From NCBI RefSeq assembly GCF_018350175.1, contig NC_058368.1, positions 16,370,001-16,434,000 on the forward strand: a DNA stretch of 64,000 nt, written 5' to 3'. This DNA is from Felis catus. Taxonomy: Eukaryota. Every line of letters begins with the position of its first letter. Within the stretch, counting starts at the first letter, position 1. Both the position numbers and the translations under genes were made by a program. The notes under the pieces were generated by a model. That model saw only the letters and a list, made by a program, of their open reading frames with translations, had not been told where the DNA came from and searched no databases. Below are positions 37,881 to 52,855 of the stretch, piece by piece.

Positions 37881-40798
37881 AGCAAGATGACTATTTAAAA
37901 GCAGTGACTGCGATATAATTTTCAGAGAACAGTGAAAAAATTAGAGGAGTAAGAGATGAAGTGTAAAGACATATTGGTGTTGAAATTAAAGAGGGCAAGA
38001 TTTCAAAAGCAAAAGTGTTAACAGGGTCACACGATGCAGAAACATTAAATAAACTTTAAAGAGACAAGTGTTCCTTGACCGTGGGGATATGGAGGCTCTA
38101 GGCGTTTTCTAGAGTAGTGTTAGTGGACTGATGGAAGCAGCAGCCAAATTGCAGTTGGATGAAGAACAAATAAGAAGAAAACAAGGTGTCTTGTTCAGGC
38201 TTCCTTGAAGGGTTATTTGGCTAAAGGGAAGGAGAGAGACAGGAGTGGAAACTAATGGGAAACACAGGGCTCAGAGTCTCAGCATACATTTGCACCCTGA
38301 ATGGAAGGAGTAATAGAGAGGAACCGTGTGAGATACAGGCAGGGGATCTCCTGATAATGATAAACAGATGTAACATAGCTAGCATTTTTTAAAATCTGAT
38401 TCTATGGCAGGCACTGTATTAGGTACTCTACATGAAGTATTAAGTTTCTTCATCCTCAAATGGAATAAGATCTCTGAAATAGTGGATAGTAAAAAAAAAC
38501 ACGTTGAAATTTATGGAGTATTATAAATTATAAAAAGAAGTGTATAGAAAGAAGTTATAAAAAGAAAATTGAAGACCAACCAAAGAAAAGAAATAAGATA
38601 TAGAACAGGAACCCCGAGGGTATTGCTAGACATCCTCTCACAATGACTGACACCAGTTATGTTGAAATAGAGTCATCAGAGACAGGTCCCTTATACCTGC
38701 CTAGGATATTCTCTACATTCTAGTGCATTCTAATACTAAGAGTTATTGCTGTAATTTTTAGTTGTTGAATAATCTGTTGCTTGTAGGTTTACATTCTACT
38801 ATCTGGAGAAAAAAATTCAGGTGGAATACCTGATTTACTTGGGCTGGATGATTAGGACCTATAATATTTGAGATATGCAATTATCTGTTGCTTTTCGTGA
38901 TAATAAAGGACACCATTTACACTAAAATAATACACAATCCAAGCAGTTCAATACCTTTGCTTCAAGAATACTAGACATTTTGCCTCAGACTTCCATAGCA
39001 ATGGAAGTTCTTGGACAGATCTTAAAATTAGTTCATAATATGTAAAATCATTTACCATGAAAGCGCTAATAGGTCGGTGTGATTCTTGGGAACTTAGGGA
39101 TCATAAATCAGATGTCTGAGAAGGGGCTGGATCATGGAACAAAAGCTGTTCCCTGAATTAAACACAACCTGGGAGGTCAGTCAGTTCTAGGTGCTGTGTG
39201 GAAGTTCCTTCTGGAAGACAAAGCTTGGAATCAGAAGGTTATGGCAACCTAGGGAGATGGGGCGGTCTTGGCAAGCAGTTTGCATTGGGGCACGTGGTAC
39301 GAAGTAACAAGGGAGTTGTGAAAGCCATGGTGAGCAGAAGGGCTCTCCAGCAGAAATCCAGAGACAGACAGCAGACAGCATCCAAGACGTTTGTTAGAGG
39401 CTGAATTTTGGTCCTTGAAGGGGGTTGGTGGGATCTGATTGTTGTAACTCCCTACTCTCAGTTGCCAGGAGCAAATTACCAAGTCAAGGGGCACAACAGA
39501 GTGAGGAAAGATCTCAGATGTAAAAATTGAGACACAATTCAGGGCCATGCTAGTCACAAGGACACTGCTACAAGGGGTTTCACTGAATCCCTCGCCTCCA
39601 GGGTCAGAAAAAGGCATGAGGAAGATGAAAAGGCTGAATAAACTGGTCAGCCTGGGCAGCTGCTGTCAAAGAGCAGAAGAATCAAGGCTGGGAGCAAGGG
39701 AAGCTGGGATGACCTTTTGTTTTCTCTGTGACTCATGGTTTGTATCAAATCTATTTCAGAAAGGATCTGAGGAAGTTAAGGCTGAGATTAAACTTTTATG
39801 TGCAAAGAAGCAGATGTTGGTTAATTAAAATGGAGTTTTAATATTGGGATCAAAGACAAAACAGATACAGAATTGAATCAACAAGAATATTTTAGCCATC
39901 AGGGACTTAGTTTATATGAAGTTGTTGAGTTCTTTTCCTACTTGAGAAATGACTACTCTCTTATTTTACATAAAATTCTATAATGGTCTGTGAATAGGGT
40001 CTGATCTATAGTCCCGTATGAAGTAACCATGTATGCGCTGGCAGTTCCTGTGTAGAGGGAAAGGACCTAGGTGTCTTCATTCCCCTGCTAATGAACTCTT
40101 TGGCACAGTTGTGTGGTGGTCATAGTGGGAAGGAAATGGGCACAGGCATGGAGAGGTGTATTCTGTAAGGACTGTGTGAGCATCAGACATGGGGGCATGG
40201 GTCTGTGCTATCAGCAAACCTGCCTGAGATCAGCAAGAGGTTGACACTGAATGAGGCCTGTGGCTCATCAGGCGTCAAGGCACAGAGAGTTCTGTGTGCA
40301 TAAGGATGGCAGCCCAGGTTAGCCTGGGGTTCCTATTTTGGATCGTTTCTACATGCTCACATTTTTTATGTAGGGAATTAGAGAATGAAAGAACAAGCAA
40401 AGGGACTTTCATATCTGGAAAACACAGAGGAAAGCTCGAAAAGTACTTGGATTTTCTCACAAGATTGGTTTTACTTACATTCTGTCTTTTAATGTGCTTG
40501 TAAGATGCCACTAGGGCAGAGGTTTCCTCTTATTACACATTTTAAAACCAAATATACAGCTTTCCTTTATATGAGGTCACTTAAAAGGCCATTTTACTAA
40601 GACTTAAATGTAATGGAGATATATATATATATATATATTTAATGCCACAGGGATCCATTTGTATTCAAAACCATGTTAATTCTGTTTTCTGTATTAAGCA
40701 CAATTTCCTTTGCAACCACTTGTCGTGGTTCAAATTCATAATGTAATACACTCTACATTCCGCACAGCGTTACCAATAAAAGTGTCTGTTCGACTTAC

Positions 40799-41112
40799 GT
40801 TGAAAATGCATTGTTCTGCTTTTCACATCGTATGCCTTTACAGCTTAACCCTTTTGTTTCTTCATAATAGAAATACAATTGATTTAGGCCATTTGCAAAT
40901 GCTAGCAACACAAGGCAGTATATGAATAGGAACTTCAAAATGTCCAGGAGCATTCTTCCCAGAGATATTTGCAGAGGCCCCAGGTGAGAATTTGCAGTAA
41001 ACAGGGAGATCAGGCGCAGGGAACTGAAGATGTTTGCGATGGCAAATAAAGCTTCAGCCACTAGAGTGGGATGCCACATGTCCCAAGATTCTCGTGGATT
41101 CAGAGCACTGTA
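40799..41112 (-). CDS. TRPC4: TRPC4 coding exon (exon 6), 314 bp, S4-S5 and extracellular CKGIRC loop
   Basis: [61 protein letters not shown]...[15 protein letters not shown](T); acceptor TTTCTCTCCAG|, donor AC|GTAAGT. Confidence 0.98.
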
Positions 41113-43139
41113 CTGGAGAGAAAAGAAAAAGTAAAACAAACTCATATGTATATGACTATGTCAAGTTCAGGCCAGAATGCTTTTTCAGGTAGATCCAGCA
41201 TCGTGGCCTATTGCCCTTCACAGCGGCTGATATCCTCCACGATGGTGGCAGCAATATTCATCTACACAAAAATAAGAGTTTATTAAAGCAATTTATAATT
41301 TATAAGCTTTAATCAAAGTGACCTTCCTGGTCTGTCCTTGTCATTTGTGTGTTTGTTTATAAGTGAATTGCATCTGGCCTCGACCTTTCCGATGGAACTT
41401 TAAAAAAAGAAAAGGAACATGTTACATAGAAAAAAAAATCTGATTTTATATGAGGAAGAGCAGCAGCACGATGACAAAGAAAGATACATTATAAAGGAAA
41501 ACTACAAATTTTGAACAAAATTATCAAGGGCTTTACTTTCTGTGTTTACACACTTGCATAGTCTAGATGCATGCATGCAGGATACAAATTCCATATAAGT
41601 GAGTGCAAGTACTGGTCCATTGCCCTGGAAATAGGAATGACCACTCTGGGTATAAATGTTGGTGCTTTGTATCTGTTGTATCCTAAAGCAGATAAAACCC
41701 AACTTGGAAGCCATCCTGGAAGTCAATGAATTGTTAATTTTGTTATATTTAATATGTAGGACATGTGATTTTTTTTGAAGGTTCCTTAATTAGATAAAAT
41801 ATGTGATCTAAGAAAGAATATTTGCTACATTAAACTTTGACCAGCAATTATTTAAAAGGTAAGACTTAGTCAGTTGACATGTCAGCTTTAAATTATCTTG
41901 ACATTGAGCTGCATGAAAAGCAAGATGAGTTTTATCCCTTGTATTATTGAGGTAAATTTATATCCTTAAAAAAAAAAGGCCAAATATTCTCTTTGAAATA
42001 CTGTGTTACAAAAATCTATAATTAAACTTGTGTAGGAATCAAACAATAAATTGAGTCATCTTCTTCATACACATCCCTAAAAAATATGTCCAAACAACAT
42101 GATCTTTTTCCTAATAATCATGTTAGCAAAAACAGTTCTACTCCTGTATGAGTCCCATTGGAATATCAGAATATTTCTATTCTTTTTATATTGCATTTTA
42201 TACCAAAGACCTTTACAAATGTTAATTAATTCTCTTGAAACCAATAGATAGTATTCTTTTAATCTCCCCGGGGACAAAATACATCACAAGCTCCTGATTT
42301 TGTTCAACACTCAGACTCTTGCTTGAATGACAATTTAAAACAATCCAATTTGAGCTAAAGGGAAATTATTTTCTATTTTTAAATGCTGATAACTGTTCTT
42401 GAACATTCTCAACTTCAGCATAAAATAGCTAATCATTGAAGACACATGAAGAATTAAAAACTTAATATTTTTTATTCATTATCACAAGTATCAGAGTGAG
42501 GGTTTATGGTATCAGCCACTACCTAATTCTCTTCTCTTGGTTGTCCCATATATGATGCCACCTCTGCCTTCAAAGACTAAAACCACCTTCACCTTCTTTG
42601 TCTTGCTTCTCCCGAAAGACACATGTTTAAATAGAGAACATCCCCCAGCCCCCCATTGATAGCTAATTCTATATTTCTCTTTCTCTTTAAGCTAATATGG
42701 CTTAGGACTATATCTCAAAATGTACAAAATGTGACATAGTAAGCATTCTTAAGGATGTGATCTTCTTACTTGGAATTCCTCATAACGTTTAACACAATAT
42801 CCTGTACGGCTCAAACATTTTCTCCCAACGAGTACTTACTGTCCCGTGAGGATGGGAGGGACACCTGATAATAAAAATGCTCTAAGAGATTAACACAAAG
42901 TGCTGTGGGAATATAGAGAAAGTGATAAATTCTGTCTGGGGCTGATGGGGCCAGCAATGAATAGAGACTATATGTTGTTCAAGCTTTAAGGGTCCTTTGA
43001 TGTTATGGCATCTACTGGAGATGCTGTTCCTCGTTCTAGATTTCACAGGCAGTTGGAGGCAGTTGGATATAGAATCCATCATCACATGGTGATATGGTAC
43101 TTTAGATCCCTTCTTAGCAAATTGTCTCAGCTGGGACTT

Positions 43140-43740
43140 GCAAAATCATGCGAAAGGTTTTCCATTTTACAAATCATGAGATGCTAGATTCTACCCCAGT
43201 ATAATTACCCAAGTCTGCTTCAAAGTCTAGCACTTCTGGTAATTGTTGGGAAACAATGCTATGTGAATCTGTTCACATTTATGCATGGTCAGGGCTTCCT
43301 GAGCAAAACATTGCATGGCTGTTAAAAGATGTCTGAATGGCAAATAAGCCTTGGAAGTTAAATATAGAGACTTTCTGAGAGATTTGGAAACATCTCCCCT
43401 GGAGCCATCTGCTTAGATTCTAAGGATAATAAAACTAGGGACCTTTGCCTCCCCTGAGAGAATTTGTTTACTTTAGAAAGTTAAGGTCTTTCTCTTTCTG
43501 GGGGGGGGGGGGGCGGTGGGGGAAGATGGGCAGCTGGCACAGCTGCACTCTATAAGCTCCGAGATTCATAATTTCCCAGTTCCCCTCCTGTGGTACAAAC
43601 TACTGCATGTGAAGGGTGCATCTGGCTCTCATCTGTCGCCCTGTGGGGAATTGGAGCATGGGGGACCAATGTTAAGATTGTTATGTAAGTAAACAATTTG
43701 TCTGTTCTCTGATCCAGAAAACTTGCTTCCTGTCAGGATT
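43140..43740 (+). mobile_element. Possible old ERVL-type solo LTR containing a G-run
   Basis: LTR-like composition with TATA-like ctctataagc at about 43548 and tgtcgccctgtggggaattgg; family not securely recognised. Confidence 0.35.
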
Positions 43741-44079
43741 AAATAGAGATATAAACATTTAGTAATTAGCTCTTGATTTCATTCTTTTAAGTTCTGCTTT
43801 TTAATTTCTCTCCTGTCATTCACGCATACATTTAGCTCTGGTTTCTACATATAGGCATTGTTTTACAAGGAGATTTTTAAAATTCTTTCAAACCATGGCG
43901 TCCTTTGAACTTGTAGAGAAAAATTAGGATTCTTCAATGTTAAATGTATTTTTCCACACCCTATGATTAGGAATTAAAAGCTTAACTTGAATTTAAAATT
44001 TCTCTTTGGCTCTGTTTTCTAAAACGTAGTCACAAAATCTATATTCACGTTTTTAGCCCTCCATGTTTGCCTCTGGCCA

Positions 44080-44800
44080 TTTGTGAGGCCTCTTCCCAGT
44101 GTCCCTAGCAGATCCTTCTTTCTCACTTGCTCCTTAAATAACTGAGTTTGCTTTGCAAGCCTCTTCTCTTCTCATTCTATCTACTCTCCCTGGATGTTTT
44201 CAGTGATCTCAACTGTCCGTTATGTGCTGATGACTCCCAGTCCTACATCTCCGCCTGGATGTCTCCCCTTACAGTCATATTTTATACTCTACCGCCTCGT
44301 TGACTTTTCCACACGGTTATCTCACAGGCATCTCAAGCACACAGGTCAGAATTGGAATTCGTGCTCTGTTGCTCCTCAAGCTCTCTCTCCATTTACGTTC
44401 TCCGATCTTAATGAGGGGTGGCAAATCTCCCAAAGCAGAATTTGAGGTTGGGCCTAGATTCTTCCTCTCCCAACTCACAGGCTCTAAATTAAAATCTCAT
44501 AGATACCGCTCACTCCTCTTCACTGGTACCCTCACTGTCTTAAAGAAGTTCCTCTGTTTCTCACAGAAATTATTATAATAGCCTCCTAACTGCTCTCCCT
44601 GCCTTGTATCTTATTTCTGCTTTGGCCCATTTCCTCCAGAATTGTGTTTTAAAAGGGCCAGTCAGACCACCTCATATCTTGCTTAATATTCTTTCTTCAA
44701 CGATTCTGCAATGTCCTTGAGATGAAATTCCAGTTTTTCAACATGTCATATGAAGCCTCTGGAATCTGGGTCCTGACTGTCTTTTGAGATTGATCTGCCA
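44080..44800 (+). mobile_element. L2 remnant
   Basis: tatgtgctgatgactccca..ctacatctcc..caggcatctcaa..atagcctcctaactgctctccctgcc motifs typical of L2 3' region. Confidence 0.65.
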
Positions 44801-46943
44801 TTTGTTCTCAGTTTGGTACTTAATGCTCTGGCTCAAACCTTTGGTACTGGTCACTCCCCAGATTTCCCTCACATTCTCACCAAAATTCCTTTCTATGAAC
44901 ATCAGGCCCTATGTCCAGAGCGGATTTAAATTCCAATTATTATGATTCTTCATCTGCTATTTATTCATTAAATATATGCTGAGTGCCTACGCTGTGCCAG
45001 ACACCATCAAATAAAAAGCAATTTATGGTGAGCAAATAAAATGCAGTTTATGTCACATGAGCTTACAATATAGTGAAGAAAGCAGACATTAAATAAGAAA
45101 AGCTAATCCTTCCCTTGACAGGTACTCTTTGACGGGGATAAATGGACGCTAGGATCCTGCTGACCAGAGCTGGTGGTTCCATGTGATAGAATAATCCTTG
45201 AAAGAGAAAGATCAAGTCTGTTAATTATACTTGAATTTAAAAAAATAATTAAAAAAAGGAAAGAGAAAAATCAAGAGCTACTCTACACATTGAAGTCCTT
45301 CTAGGACCATCAATTCCTGGTTTCCTTTTTCTCTCAAGTACTTGCTTTTTAGTATAAATGTACCGTAGTGTTGTTTTGTTTGAAACCTTCATTTTTACTC
45401 AGATTTTTTTAAGAGACTAGCTCCTTTGCAGACCTATATAACAGAATATTCAACCTTGGATTACTGTCAGTTTTCCATGTAGGGAGCTTTGTCTAATGCA
45501 TTTTCAGAACCAAACATCTAATAGAGTGCTTTATATGTGACAGGAGGTCAAAAAGCATTCTAGGGTAAAGAATCATAGACACATTCACACATTCATGGTT
45601 GTTAGAAAAGATGAATCATTGGTAGAAATGTGAGTATCTTAATATATCTGGAATATGGAGAATTTGGGTATAGTGATGAATCTAAGAGGAAGTTGGAGCC
45701 AGGTCGTGAACACCTTAGCGGAATGTTTAGAGGAAGATGAACTGAATCATAATACTGGGTTCTTTATATATATATGTAGTCTTTGATGCATACTTATAAA
45801 ACTCAAGTAATCTATAAAAAGTGAATAAAAAATTAAATTGATACAAAATGAAAATATTTGTCATATGAGAGTAAACAAAATGTATATACTGGTTTTAATT
45901 TCGATTTATAAGGAGAAAACCTTTCCTTGGTTTAGATAATGAAGTTGGTTAGATAATGAAGTAATGAAAGACAATAAGAAGGCATATGATTTTCTTCTGT
46001 AACAGATAATACTAGATTAAACAATTAGGATTTAAATCTCTACAGAGCTCTGTGCCATAAAACTAAAGAATATTTAGAAAATTCCATAATTTGGACAGTA
46101 TACTGTAGTTACAGCATTTGTGAAATAAAAACAATATTTGCCTCTTTTCTAGCTCATAAGAATAGATCAATGAGATACATACTTAGAACTATTTAGAAGA
46201 ATAGTACTATGAAAAATTCCATCATGACTATTAAAATAAATGCTCTTATCTATAATAAATTTAATTTTTGAAAATATTACTTCTATTACACAGTGGAATA
46301 GGCATAGGAATTTAGTCATTTCTGCCAAATGACTGAAGATAAATATGAGACAAGTTGTTCATAGAAAAAAGGACTGGGAAATATTTAGGACAAAACCAGT
46401 TCTAATGAAGATAAAGTAATATTTTTTTAAGAGTGCCCAGGCATCAACAAGCTCTGGATTAACTAGTATTTCATACAGAGTGAGAAGCGGAAGTGGTTGA
46501 CAAACCTTCTCCTTCAAGAATTAAGAGCAAATAAAAAATAAATAAATAAAAGCTTACAATCAATCCATGAGCCATGAAATGTTCAAGAATCAAGGTATTT
46601 AAGGAAGCACCACACAGCCTTGCATGTAAGGAGGAGAATACTGAAGTCACATACTTTTCTACTGTCTATGTCTCTACGATGCAATGCTGTTGCATTGTAC
46701 ATAAAAGTTAAAACAACTACTGAGTGCTTATATTAAGCTCTGTTCCATGACATTAAACGTGTTTATTAATGTAATCCTCACATTCTATAGGATTTGATTA
46801 TTAGTGTCATTTTATACATAAGAAAATTGAGGTATAGATTAAGTAACTTGCTCCAAATCACACAGGTAGGAAGTGGTATCAGTGATACTCAGATCAAGTA
46901 TGGATCAGAACTCAAATCATGGCCTTAGTTAGCAGGACCCTTT

Positions 46944-46944
<1 letters not shown>

Positions 46945-46986
<42 letters not shown>
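46945..46986. repeat. (GT)21 microsatellite
   Basis: Perfect 42-bp GT repeat. Confidence 0.98.
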
Positions 46987-46988
<2 letters not shown>

Positions 46989-49900
46989 AAATTCCCTCTA
47001 GATGAATGAATCACAAAATGATAAGCCAATTAAGCAAGTGTGGCCCTTCTGCCAGACCTATTCTAAAAGTTTCTCCTCCTCGATAGACCAGTTACAGAAA
47101 GGTTTCCCTTTTTGTGGACTGATAGTTTTTTTGGTCTGGATCCATAGCTTGCACAAAAAGACCTAGGGTTGGATTTTTGCTCCCATTTATGCACCTTCAG
47201 ACTAGAGGTAGAACCTCTACAATATTACAGATAACCTTGTTATAACTCCTTGGTAATCTTGCCTGCATCATAATAGGCAAACTATTCACTAGGAAGCAGC
47301 ATCAGGTGATTCCATCTACCTCATATTTCATAATTAATAAATCATCTATTTTATGGCTCTTATCTCCTAATTTTTTTTGAATACCAGCTCTCTATCAGCT
47401 TCCCCTATGTTCATTTCTCTACTTCAGGCATCCATTATCATTTGACTCATTCTCTGCTTAAATCTCATTCATGGCTCCTCTTTATTTAACAGAGCACAGC
47501 CCAAATTCTATAGCAGGATGTGAAAAGTCCTTCTTATCCTAGCCTTGCTCCCATTTATTGGATCATTTCTCTTAGATACTGATCTCCTTTATACACTCAG
47601 ACTTTTTTGCACATTGTATTTTTTCTCTCTGGAATGCTAATGCACTTTCATGAACCCAATGGATACCTTCTGGCTCTGTCTTCCAGGACACTTCCAGTAG
47701 AGTTGAGTTCCTTCCTCGATGCTACCATAGCCCCTGCTATAGACCTTATCAAATGGGAAATTCTTATTTACATGCATTTCTCTTTCCACAACCTGACTGT
47801 GGACTGCTTAAAGGCAGGAGGTGTACCCCAGGTATCTTTGCATTCTCAGCAAACAGATGAAGACCGGGTCTCTTAGTATGCTCCCAGAAATTCTTATTGA
47901 TTAATTCACATAATAGCTGTTTGCCTTATATATAGCACAGTCTATTTTTGTGCACAAATATAGCACCTTTTCCTAAAATAGTAACTTATAAATTATTTAA
48001 AATTAGCATGAAAATTGAATGATAAAAGAAAGGAAAGGTAAGTCAACAAGTGAGCATTACAGACTCCCAAAGTAAGTGCTCTTTTGATTATTATCATCAT
48101 TTAACAGGTGGTCACATTGAGACCTTCATTTAGTAATTTGCCCCAAATCACACAGGTTTCATGTGGTAAAGGCGAGTGTGAATCCAGAGCTCAATCTTTT
48201 TTTCAACTAACATAAAGGAAGGGACATAATAAAGACATTTAAAAAGGTAAGTCTAATGGACTTATAGTATATGAAGAAGAGGGAGGATACTGGAGTAAAA
48301 GAGAAGAAAAATTAATAATGCAGGCTTATTCTATAACAGGCAGTTAAATTATATCAACTCATTTACTTCTCATACCAACAGCACAAAGTAGAAATTGTTA
48401 GTCTCCTTATTTTATAGATGAGGCAAGGGAGGTGAAGAAATAGGTCCAAGTTCATATAACTAGTAAGTGTTGGAGGAAGGAAGTGAGCCCAGAAAATACT
48501 ACCCATCAAACTCTATCCATGCAACTCAAGTTTTAGTTACACAAACTAATCATTCAGAAAGAACATTTTGTACTTTACACATACAATCACAGCTGGACTC
48601 CTATGACCGCAATGCATAAACAAATTATATTTCTGGAAGATTCCATGTTATTTACATCATTGTCAGCTGAGGTAATTTCTGTGCACTTTTCCATCTCCTT
48701 TTCTCCTTCATCACATGAGGTGAGTGATGCTTGAATTTTAAGCATAAGTTTTTCCTTGGTGTAGTATTAGGAACAATGTTTATATTTTAATATTAAAATA
48801 GATGTTGCACATGAAGAATTTACAACTTTTTAAGAAAATTCAAATCCCATATCTAAAACTGAGACAAAAAAATCCACAAGTACCCATTAATTTATGTAGT
48901 TGTACCTACTATATACCAGAGTTCTTATATATGAAAATGTATATGTACCATATATAAACACCATCAAATGTAACATGTAAAAGTATTCCGTATCTTAGTA
49001 CAAATATTGCATATAAGAAATACATGAAAGAAGTTCCATTTGGGATCAATCTCATACTTGTCTTAGCTGTTGAATAGAATTATACAGTCCAGTGTCATTC
49101 CAATCATCTTCCTTAGACCAGTTACATCAGCATCATCTGATGAGTTTGCTACAAATGCAAATTTAGGACCCTCTCTAATACTCTTAAATTTAGAATCTCT
49201 GGGGATGGAGAAAAGGAATCTGGGTTTTAGAAAGCTTTCCAGGTGATGTTTTTGCACTGGAAAGTTTTAGAAGAAATGCTATAGTTCTATACCAGAGTTT
49301 TATATCCGTATTGGGCCACAAAAAAACAGATATATTATTTTTTAGTTGAGAGATGGCCAAAACAACTTTATAGACATACTTAAGGATCATTACAAAGAAA
49401 ATAGAAATTGGACAGATATTCACTGAACAACAGACTGCCCATCTCATACATAGATGCACAACCTCCTTGGTTAAGACAGTACCTTCTGCTCTCTTAAGGT
49501 CTTCAAGGGCATTAACCTAAAGTAGATAGGAAAAATTACCAAGTTATGATTCTATTATTAAAATATAGCTTGATTTCCATGAAATTGGTAGGCATGAAAT
49601 TTGGTGAGTGGCAACATTTTAATTGAACAAATTCTGGAAACTAAGGCCTTTCCAACTATGGGCATTTTTGACCCTGACAGAGCTGAACACTATACAAGGG
49701 AGACTCAGGCCACTATTTTAGGAACTAGACTAAATGAATGAGTTCACCTACATGTTAGGATTTCTAGGTCAGATCACTAAATTGCATGAATTATTCATGT
49801 AAAGCCCAATTAGACACTCTTTATTTTTTGCTAGTACACTAATCATTTTGAAACAAATTTTTAAAAAATGAGAGACAAAGAAAGAGGGAAAAAGAAAGGC

Positions 49901-50539
49901 AAGAAGGAGATAATACTTTGATTTGAAAAATATCCCCCAAAGTACAAAATAATCCCAGTTGTCATTGCAGAACAAAATGTTTTACAGAAATTATGTGGTT
50001 TGGAAAAGATTGATATTGCACAGAATCTGGGGGAGTGATGGGTGTATGAGACTTCAGGCGCTGTCATGTTGAATGGGATGAGGAAAAGGAAATTATATTC
50101 TGTTCTAATTATATCAAACTATATTAGTTTGAACTGAAATAATAATTTCAGTGCTTTGAATGAGTAATATTTTGATTGGTCTAGGTAATGTTATCGGTTA
50201 GTTATAACTGATAAAAATAGATTCTGGTTGCCAAAATTTAAACAGTGTTTGAGGTAGACTGTTATGAGAAATGGAAAGGATTCAAAACCAGAGCAACTAT
50301 TGTGAGTAATTTTGAGACATCATTCAAATAAGATGCAACAAAATTGGGTGACAACTTCAAATTGTTTGTGAAATTTATTTCGAAACTATAATTGGGTATT
50401 AATAATGTATTTTATACCTATCTATCATCACAGAAAGATAACGCTCTAGGTAACATTATTAGTAAAATTAATAGCAGTCAAAGGTAGGGAAGTATTTATC
50501 AGAACTTTATGCTTTACCAAAAATATAAATGATAGTTAC

Positions 50540-50679
50540 CTTTACAAATGCAACGATTTTCAAAGAGATTGTTGCCAAATATAAGGAATTCATCACAAAA
50601 TCCATTAGATTCCACCAATCATGGATGTAATCTTGAAGTCCACCATCCCACATTTGTTTAATTTCTCCCCATATAAAAC
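50540..50679 (-). CDS. TRPC4: TRPC4 coding exon (equivalent to human exon 5), 140 bp, S2-S3 region
   Basis: Translates (G)[46 protein letters not shown]; acceptor TTGCAG| and donor AAG|GTAACT; phase joins next exon. Confidence 0.97.
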
Positions 50680-52269
50680 CTGCAATTACAGAGAGATTCA
50701 TTGTAAGTGTGATTTTCAATCAGCTTACTAACAACAGAGGCAACTTAAAAATTATAGAATATTGGAGCGGCAAGCGACTTTAATGTTCACTACATGAAGC
50801 ATTTATTTTTAAAGACAGTAATATTCAGTCTCAGCCAGACTGTAAAATTTTGAGGACACTGAGCTAATTAATTGGAGAGAATTCTTTTAGGGTAGGTTCA
50901 CTTTCTTTTATTCATCTGATATACTTGTAAGAATGTCCAATTTTTGAATCAACTGCAATTTCTCTGTAACTATCCATTTTTCTCATGGAAAATATCATAG
51001 CATTTACTTGTAAACAAATACTAAAAGCAATGTTTCCTTTGAAGTTGAGATCACTCAGAGTCATGAAAAAGTGTCGCTGGTGAACATAACTGTCTTAATT
51101 CCATTAAGCAGGATATTTTGTTTTGCCTTTGTAAGCAATCGGTACCTTTGGAGATCTGATTTCGGTTCTGGACAAAAGATGGTTATAACATGCATGATAC
51201 TTCATTATAAAACCTTACATCTAGCAATAGCTTTGAGACTGCCTCCATAGAAAGTAAAAATCCCTTTCCTTTATAATGGTCATATTTTTAATAAGAAATG
51301 TTTTATTTTCAAATTCTAGGAAGTACACATAAAATATCACTATGTATCATTCTATTTCCATAATCTTGTTAAAACTTTATAAATCTAGTTTGGGGCCCAA
51401 TGATGAAAGAGAGAGATATCAAAGGGAGTAGAATCAGGAAATATTAAAAGGATAAATATTATTTCATAACTACATTAATGCAAGCAAACAATACGACTCT
51501 ATTAAGATAATGAGTCTGGAATGTCACATGTGTAGCACAATGTCTCACATCTGTCTTGCACAAAAAGCCAGAAAAAGTCAGATTAACTATAAAATCATAA
51601 CTTTTCATGAACCTATCAGAGAGACGAGAAACCAGAGAGAGTCCCGATGTGAACATTAGTTCACCCATGGCAGAGTGCAGGGGTAAGAGACAAAGTCACC
51701 ATATCCCAGAGTAAGAAGATTTCAGAAAAACTTTTAAACGAACTTCTGAAGGTTGAGTGTGAGCTTGCACAGAGGACAGAACCCCTGGGACTCAGATACA
51801 AGGGGAGTCTCCCTACTTGCATGTTTTTTTTTGTTTGTTTGTTTGTTTTTGTTTTTTTTTTTTTTTTTTTGCATAGAGCAGGCTCCTCTCCCCTAAGAAC
51901 AAAACACATAAGCCCCATGGGAGAAGCAGGAAACAGGATTTCCTAGGGTTTGCACCAGTATCATTAGAGGTTTCCTACCACAGGGCAAAGGTCAGGAAAG
52001 TCTGCACATGACCTGCAAAGTGTCACTGCCATAGGTAGTAAGGTATGGATCACTGAGAACCTGCATTGCCAATGCCCAGGCATAGTCCTACCTAACTCTG
52101 CCCTAGACCAGGACAACAGAGAATCTGCCTGTTTCACATCACCAGGTAACAATCACAAGCTAATAACTACTGGAGGAGTGGTGAGAGCATGAATAGAGTA
52201 CCCCTCAGAGGCATAGGTGCACAGGGGAGGCCAAAAGATGTGGGTGAAGCAGGAATTCTGAGAATAGTC

Positions 52270-52855
52270 CTCCTAAGTCAGTCAAAGCCACTATAACAAA
52301 GTATCACAGACTGGATGTTTTATAACAAAAAATTATTTCTCATAGTTCTGGAGGCTGCAAGTTTATCAACAAAATGTTGATATGGTATCAGCATGGTCAA
52401 GCTTTGGTGAGAACCCTCTTCCATGTTGTAGGTGCACACATCTCTCTCTATCCTTACATGGCAGCAAGAGAGCAAGCTAGCTCTCTGGCCTCTTTTTTCT
52501 CTTTAAAGTTTTTATTTATTTATTTTGAGAGGAGGGAGGGGCAGAGAGATGAGGAGGAGGAGGAGGAGAGAGAGAATCCCAAGCAGTCTCCATGCTTGTC
52601 AGCACCGACCTGATCAGGGCTCCAACTCATAAACCTGTGAGATCATGACCTGAGCTGAAACCAAGAGTAGGACGCTTAACCTACTGAGCCACCCAGGCTC
52701 CCTTTTGGCCTCTTTTTATAAGCACATTTATCTCCTTCATGAGGACCCTCATGACCTAATTGCATTCCAAAGGCCCCACCTCCAAATGCAATCACATGGG
52801 GGTTAGGTTTTCAATATATGAATTTGGAGGGGACACAGACATGTAGTCCATAATA
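52270..52855 (-). mobile_element. MaLR solo LTR (MLT1A-like) with nested SINE
   Basis: ataacaaagtatcacagactgg..atttctcatagttctggaggctg ... ggggttaggttttcaatatatgaatttggagggggacacagac. Confidence 0.82.
52495..52702 (-). mobile_element. CAN-SINE nested in MLT1
   Basis: TSD tggcctcttttt at 52486-52497 and 52706-52717. Confidence 0.9.
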
